From contig CAXXVL010000002.1 of NCBI GenBank assembly GCA_963667845.2, forward strand, positions 1,728,001-1,792,000: a stretch of DNA of 64,000 nt, given 5' to 3'. The translations under genes and the position numbers were made by a program. This stretch comes from Smithellaceae bacterium (lineage in GTDB: Bacteria > Desulfobacterota > Syntrophia > Syntrophales > Smithellaceae). Positions 58,703 through 64,000 of the stretch are shown one piece after another (the first letter of the stretch is position 1; each line of letters begins with the position of its first letter). Under the pieces are notes generated by a model. It made no database searches. It worked only from the letters and a program-made list of their open reading frames with translations, and had not been told where the DNA came from.

Positions 58703-60187
58703 TTACTGTCCCCAGTCATTCTTACCCGTACACCGATCCAGTTTCCGGTCCATGAGGGGCAGAACCTTGCCGGCCGGGATTTCCCACGACGGCCCGATAT
58801 TCGATGCATTTTCATACCAATGGTAAGGAGGCATATTGAACGATACCTTTTGTTCCGCCGGCGGCACGTACTCGCCTACCCGGAAACCCTGAATCGCCTT
58901 ATGGTCGCATGCCCGCATCTTGATGATCCGGCCATTGACCCACTGATACGTATCCCCTTCCCAAACCTTGATGATCTTTTCAGGGTCCGTGCTGCCGGCC
59001 CGTTCGATCACGCTCAAAAGCCAATAAGTCTGTTGCTGCCAAAATCCGAGCGTACCCGATGGATGACGGAATAAAGGACTGGTATATGGGGCTGTCTTCC
59101 ATCTTTTTTGCCAGCCATCGTTCCACGCTTTGTAATACTTAATTGTTTCGGGGGATGTAAAAGCAGGTCCTGCCTTGTCATAGTGTGTGATATTGACCAG
59201 TCCCTTGGTTCCTTCCACACCGATTTCGTTGAGCATATTCGGTTCATCCAGATAGAGATTGGCGAAGGGGATTGTGATCCCCATTTGGCGGGCCTGCTTG
59301 AGCAGGTTTCCGGAATCGGGGAGCCAGTCTCCTGTCCAGACTACCTCGGCGCCCGAAGCCTTGATCTTCGTCAGATAAGGGGCAAAATCAGTTAGGAAAA
59401 GCTTATGGTAGTCCTCTCCCACGATTTGCGCTTCAGGGAAGTATTCCTTCAGACCATGCTTAAATCCTTCGGCCATTCCATGGCCAAAGGAGTAATCCTG
59501 GCAAAGGATATAGAATTTCTTTTCTTTCTTGCGAATCTGGCCGTAATAATAGGCCATCCCGCGGCCGATGGAGTCGGTTGTATCGGAGCTCATGAAGGAA
59601 TAACGATTGAAGTTTGTCGCATCCTGAAGGTCGTCGGACAGTGCACCGATATTCACGCCGATGACTTTGTATTTGTTGGCCACCTCGTTGAGGATCTTCT
59701 GGATATTACTGCCCGAAGTGCCCAGCAGGACATGAACCTTCTCCTGGAGGACCATGCGTTCGCAGATCTTCTTACCCTGATCCGGCTTGGACATGCTGTC
59801 CGCCTTGAACAAGGCAATCTTCTTCTTTTTGCCGTCAACCAGAATGCCGCCGCGCTGATTAATGTCGTACGCGGCAAAAGTTATGCAAGCCCACGCCAGT
59901 TCGCCATTGAGTGCGCCGGGGCCTGAGAAGGGCCAGACGACGGCAATTTTGATCGTGTCACCCTCGGGATTTACCCACTTGGCCGGATCAAAGCCGGACA
60001 TATTGCCCATCTTATTGGCATCAAATTTGGCATTCGGTTTGGACCAGGTTTCAAATGCATCCGATTTAACCACTTTCGCCTTCTTTTCCGCTTTCTGAGC
60101 CATGGCCGCAGACGGGCCATAGATTGTTAGACAGAAAATCGAAAAAACACATAAAAAAACTAAAATTGTCTTACCTGTACATCTCAT
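58703..60187 (-). CDS. ABC transporter substrate-binding protein, branched-chain amino acid (LivJ-like) family
   Basis: Signal peptide, PFSGP.A..G, IN..GG, DYSFGH and DFAPYLTKI motifs. Confidence 0.9.
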   Translation of the reverse strand: MRCTGKTILVFLCVFSIFCLTIYGPSAAMAQKAEKKAKVVKSDAFETWSKPNAKFDANKMGNMSGFDPAKWVNPEGDTIKIAVVWPFSGPGALNGELAWACITFAAYDINQRGGILVDGKKKKIALFKADSMSKPDQGKKICERMVLQEKVHVLLGTSGSNIQKILNEVANKYKVIGVNIGALSDDLQDATNFNRYSFMSSDTTDSIGRGMAYYYGQIRKKEKKFYILCQDYSFGHGMAEGFKHGLKEYFPEAQIVGEDYHKLFLTDFAPYLTKIKASGAEVVWTGDWLPDSGNLLKQARQMGITIPFANLYLDEPNMLNEIGVEGTKGLVNITHYDKAGPAFTSPETIKYYKAWNDGWQKRWKTAPYTSPLFRHPSGTLGFWQQQTYWLLSVIERAGSTDPEKIIKVWEGDTYQWVNGRIIKMRACDHKAIQGFRVGEYVPPAEQKVSFNMPPYHWYENASNIGPSWEIPAGKVLPLMDRKLDRCTGKNDWGQ

Positions 60188-60991
60188 CTTGGATCTCCTT
60201 CTTTCTTGATACGCGAGTGTGTTGCTTCATCGGGAAAGTCTATTACATTATTGGTGTTGTTTGTCAATTAAGTACGGACCGCAACGCAGGGTGAAGGAAA
60301 CATTTTTCGGGAAAGTACCGCCAAAGAAAAAAGCGATTTAGATGAAATTCTAAACCGCTAATATGATTTGCGTCCCCATGGGGAGCCGAACCGCCGGTTA
60401 CAGGCGTGAAAGGGCGATAAAGAGTGTCTTCCACCTGATTTTAAATGCTTTTGAAGGTTTTTTAAAGCCGTCTGCCGTAATATAGCTTGGAGGCAAGCCT
60501 CCCGTTCTTTGAACCAGTGGTGGAATGGGATTTTGATACACTCCACAAAGAGTTATTTGCTCTGATTAAAAAAATGGGAGTAAAAAAATCTTAATTATTG
60601 GCGGAAACAAAAATTGCCGCTTCCTTAATGATGAAGGTTGATGAAGATTGGGAAGCGAGGGCAAGTGTTCCGGCTCTCCGGCAGGAGAAAAATCTGGGGC
60701 AGGGTGCTTGGTGCAGGTGACGAGTGTGCATTTCAGCGCTGCCTCTGCCCTGAACAGGCTTTCCTCTGGCAAGGTGTGCTCTGCCGGCACTTTCACTTCT
60801 TCGCTCCAGGGCATCCACTATACTTCGAGCCAACGCTCGTGCGTCGTATCAATGGATCGGAATTTTTCGGTGCTATCAAGCATTATACAATCTTAACCCA
60901 TCATTTCATACATATGGAGCAGAACATCTTCCTGCCCAGAGATCTATAGCAGGTCCGCTTTTTCTTTTTTAAATGATGTTCCCGTCTTTCT

Positions 60992-61008
60992 GTTCCGTAT
61001 ATTAGAAC
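60992..61008. promoter_or_regulatory. Candidate IclR-family operator
   Basis: Imperfect palindrome GTTCCGTATATTAGAAC (TTC-N9-GAA) about 100 nt upstream of the IclR gene; half-site ATATGGAAC at 61076-61084. Confidence 0.4.
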
Positions 61009-61109
61009 TGATTATTAAAAATGCAGAACATTTTGCTTGACCCCATTTTTCTGTAGGGTAAAAGAAATTATCAACATATGGAACAATCTCTCATGGAGGT
61101 TTTTTTACC

Positions 61110-61916
61110 ATGAAGCAGACACCATCAATTTCGAAGACTCCATCGAGCCCCATAAATAAATACCGCGTAACATCGCTTGACAAGGCGCTTTTAATTCTGG
61201 AACTGGTGATTGACCATGGCCGGGATCTTTCCATCACAGAGATCAGCCAGAAACTTGGCATGGTGAAGGGAACGGTTCATCGGATCCTGAGCACCCTCGT
61301 GGCACGAAAATTCGTGCAGCAGAACAGCAAAACCAAAATGTACGGTCTTGGTGTGCGGACGCTGGAAATCGGAATGGACTCGAAAAGAGAAAAATTTCTG
61401 CGCATGGCCATGGCCCCCTTTCTGATGAAGCTCTATGAGACTTGCGGAGAAACGGTGAACGCGTCTGTTTGGGAATATAGTGGCATTCGCTACATCTACC
61501 GGCTGGAGTCTGAAGAGATGCTTCGAATCTCAACACCGGCTGGCGCACGGTTTCCCGGCTACTGTGCCGCGACCGGCAAGATATTGCTTTCATACTTCAG
61601 CAATGAAGACATCCGGCAGATTTATAGCCTGAATAAATCTTTAAAAAAATACACGAACAATACGATTGCTTCTGTAGACGAACTGATTCGGGAAATCGAT
61701 AAAGTCAGGATCAGGAAGGTGGCAGTCGATGATGAAGAAGCCCTCGCAGGGGTCTACTGTGTTGCTGCACCCATATTGAATTCAAAGGGAGAATGTGTGG
61801 CAGCCATCAGTATTTCAGCTCCGAAAAATCGGGTAACCGCAAAGACGAGAGACACGTTTGCAAAACTTGTTTCGGAAACGGCCGCGAAAATCTCAAGTAC
61901 ATTGAGTGAGCCATAA
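61110..61916 (+). CDS. IclR family transcriptional regulator
   Basis: SLDKALLILE, GTVHRIL, ATGK and CVAAPI..AAISI motifs. Confidence 0.95.
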   Translation: MKQTPSISKTPSSPINKYRVTSLDKALLILELVIDHGRDLSITEISQKLGMVKGTVHRILSTLVARKFVQQNSKTKMYGLGVRTLEIGMDSKREKFLRMAMAPFLMKLYETCGETVNASVWEYSGIRYIYRLESEEMLRISTPAGARFPGYCAATGKILLSYFSNEDIRQIYSLNKSLKKYTNNTIASVDELIREIDKVRIRKVAVDDEEALAGVYCVAAPILNSKGECVAAISISAPKNRVTAKTRDTFAKLVSETAAKISSTLSEP

Positions 61917-61948
61917 ACTTCGGGGACACCATTTAAACTCTGAGGAAT

Positions 61949-62527
61949 ATGAATATGGTAGGTATTCGGTTTCATGGAAGAGGGGGGCAGGGAGCCGTCG
62001 TAGCTTCAAAAATTTTAGCTCATGCCTATTTCAAACAGGGGCTCTATGTTCAGGCTTTTCCGTCTTTCGGTATGGAACGAAAAGGGGCTGCCGTATCCGC
62101 GTTTGTCCGGCTGGATAGCGATGCTATTGTCGAGCGCGGAGAAATCAAAAGCCCTAATGTCGTGATCGTGCTGGATTCTTCACTGCTTGGCAAAGTGGAT
62201 GTGACTCGTGGCGCCCAGCCGGATGCATTGATCCTGATTAATTGCAGGGAAAATGAGAAGCAAGATCTCATCAAGGGGCGCTTTCGAGTGGCTGGTGTGG
62301 ACGCCGTGAAAATAGCGCTTCAGCACGAGTTGGGCTCAAAAATGGCTCCGAACATTAACACCGTCATCCTCGGCGCCTATGCAGGAGTTTCCGGGGACCT
62401 TGCGCTTTCCAATCTGCTGGCAGCTATTGAAAAAGGCGTACCGGTAAATCCTGAACAGAACATGGCTGCCGCCGCAGCGGCGTATCGGGCAGTATTCAGG
62501 ATATCAGGTGATATCGATGCAGCCTAA
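61949..62527 (+). CDS. 2-oxoacid:acceptor oxidoreductase gamma subunit (PorC-like)
   Basis: IRFHGRGGQG, FPSFGMERKGA and NTVILGA motifs. Confidence 0.92.
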   Translation: MNMVGIRFHGRGGQGAVVASKILAHAYFKQGLYVQAFPSFGMERKGAAVSAFVRLDSDAIVERGEIKSPNVVIVLDSSLLGKVDVTRGAQPDALILINCRENEKQDLIKGRFRVAGVDAVKIALQHELGSKMAPNINTVILGAYAGVSGDLALSNLLAAIEKGVPVNPEQNMAAAAAAYRAVFRISGDIDAA

Positions 62528-64000
62528 AAAAATATTTGCAAGTCTATCGGAACTTCCAACAATGCCGTCAACGATCGGCACCATGGCCTGGAACCAGACC
62601 GGCGAGTGGCGTTATTTAACGCCGCAGGTCGCTGATAAACAAGCCCCCTGCAGCAGCGCCTGCCCTGCCGGAGAAGATACGGCGCGTATCGAGATGCTCA
62701 ATGCCCAGGGGCTTTTCAAGGAAGCCTGGGAATTGATCCTGCAGGAGAACCCCTTCCCAGGCGTCTGCGGCCGGGTCTGTTTTCACCCGTGTGAAAGAGA
62801 ATGCAACCGCAGAGAATTCGACCATGCCATAGCCATTCACACGCTCGAGCGGTTTACGGCCGATACGGCCGAGCGCTATGCCCTCAAGCCAAACTTTGAG
62901 CGGCTCTGTGCCCGTCCGGAACGAATCGCCATCGTGGGAGCGGGTCCTTCAGGGCTTGCCGCTGCATGGTTCATGGCCCGGCTTGGATACGCGTGTGATG
63001 TTTTCGAATCCCGGGCGGAAGCGGGCGGTATCCTTCGCTGGGGAATTCCCCTTTATCGGCTTCCGCTTTCCGTCATGCAACGCGAAGTCGCTCAAATCGC
63101 GGCGCTCGGACCTCGTATCCGCACGGGAAAGGCGATTGACGCAAAAGGATTAAATGAGCTTCTCAAATCTCACCAAGCCGTTTATGTCGCCTGCGGACAC
63201 AGTAAAACGACGTCTCTGCGCATCCCCGGCGAGACGCATCCCGCCGTTCTGGATGGCCTGTCTTTCCTGGCGAACCTCCGGAATGCAAAGCGGCCTGCCG
63301 TCCCGGGTCTTTCCGCCGTCGTTGGGGGAGGAAACACGGCCGTCGACGTCGCCCGAAGCATTGTCCGCCTTGGAGGGAAAGCCCTTATCCTGTACCGGCG
63401 ACGGCGCCAGGACATGCCTGCGTTCGGAGACGAGGTCCAGATGGCCCTTGATGAAGGCGTGGAGCTGATGGAACTTGTTACCCCCGCAGCCATCGAGTCC
63501 ACGGCCGAAGGCTGCCGAATCGTGCTGCGAAGAATGCGCGTGACAGGCGACGACAGAGGGCGCGCGAGTGTAGAACCGGATGACGCTCTCATCTGCGAGG
63601 TCGAAGTCAAACGGCTCTTCAAAGCCACGGGCGCAGAAGCCGCAGATCAATGGATCGAACCGCCTGACTCAGGCGCGGGCGTCTTGGATCTCGGAAGCTG
63701 CTCCCTCGTCCAAAAAAACGGGGCGACGCCGCTTCTTTACGGCGGCGATGTCTTTAACGATATAAAGAGCGTCGTCCATGCCATCGCTTCGGGGAAGCAG
63801 GCCGCTATGTCGCTCGACACGCTGTTTCGGGAGGGAGCCGACGCCGTCCTTCCGAAACTTGAATCCTGCAGAGTCGGGGATGGCGCAGCGCTTTCCATGG
63901 AAGCATACATGGGTGGTCCCCGCAGCCAGCGCAGCCGTCACGTGGTCCGGTATGCTGAGATCAACACAAATTATTTCCATTATACCGACCGGATGACACA
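62517..64000 (+). CDS. GltD-like FAD/Fe-S oxidoreductase with PorD-like N-terminus (runs off the window end)
   Basis: Manual translation: MQPKKIF..NQTGEWRYLTP..APCSSACP..NPFPGVCGRVCFHPCERECNR..IVGAGPSG..VGGGNTAVD; missing from the ORF track because there is no stop in the window. Confidence 0.88.
   Translation, partial: MQPKKIFASLSELPTMPSTIGTMAWNQTGEWRYLTPQVADKQAPCSSACPAGEDTARIEMLNAQGLFKEAWELILQENPFPGVCGRVCFHPCERECNRREFDHAIAIHTLERFTADTAERYALKPNFERLCARPERIAIVGAGPSGLAAAWFMARLGYACDVFESRAEAGGILRWGIPLYRLPLSVMQREVAQIAALGPRIRTGKAIDAKGLNELLKSHQAVYVACGHSKTTSLRIPGETHPAVLDGLSFLANLRNAKRPAVPGLSAVVGGGNTAVDVARSIVRLGGKALILYRRRRQDMPAFGDEVQMALDEGVELMELVTPAAIESTAEGCRIVLRRMRVTGDDRGRASVEPDDALICEVEVKRLFKATGAEAADQWIEPPDSGAGVLDLGSCSLVQKNGATPLLYGGDVFNDIKSVVHAIASGKQAAMSLDTLFREGADAVLPKLESCRVGDGAALSMEAYMGGPRSQRSRHVVRYAEINTNYFHYTDRMT

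Noticed and set aside
60566..60950. Possible decayed minus-strand gene (ISGQEDVLLHMYEMMG*..RWLEV*WMPWSEE..)
   Set aside because: It is interrupted by TAA and TAG and I recognise no family, so it cannot be supported without a search.

Overview
A 64-kb chromosomal segment from an anaerobic, fatty-acid/CoA-metabolising bacterium. The gene content suggests a Smithella/Syntrophus-like Desulfobacterota member (inference). Most of it is housekeeping or metabolic: thiolase, CoA-transferases, enoyl-CoA hydratase, OYE oxidoreductase, yqhD, alr, hisD-murA-prmC, yggS-maf, manC, rlmI, rlmD, ABC transporters and sensor kinases. Three things stand out. (1) Three genes are split or hidden in the ORF track by an in-frame TGA followed by a SECIS-like hairpin, so they are probable selenoproteins: a two-gene operon for an exported 11-heme cytochrome c (3546-4805) and an exported multi-domain rhodanese with Sec at the catalytic position (4831-6552), plus an unannotated exported HMA/MerP-like protein with a CxxU motif (49222-49542). 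(2) A decayed integron at about 6.7-11.3 kb, with an intI 5' remnant, a probable attI core, five attC sites and six cassette ORFs including nuclease/HEPN-like defence candidates; a solitary cassette with a same-family attC lies 43 kb away, directly upstream of rlmD. (3) Several families of small intergenic repeats, a frameshifted CoA-transferase alpha subunit and unusual domain fusions. No rRNA, tRNA or CRISPR array was recognised. Family assignments come from motif recognition by eye, not from database searches.
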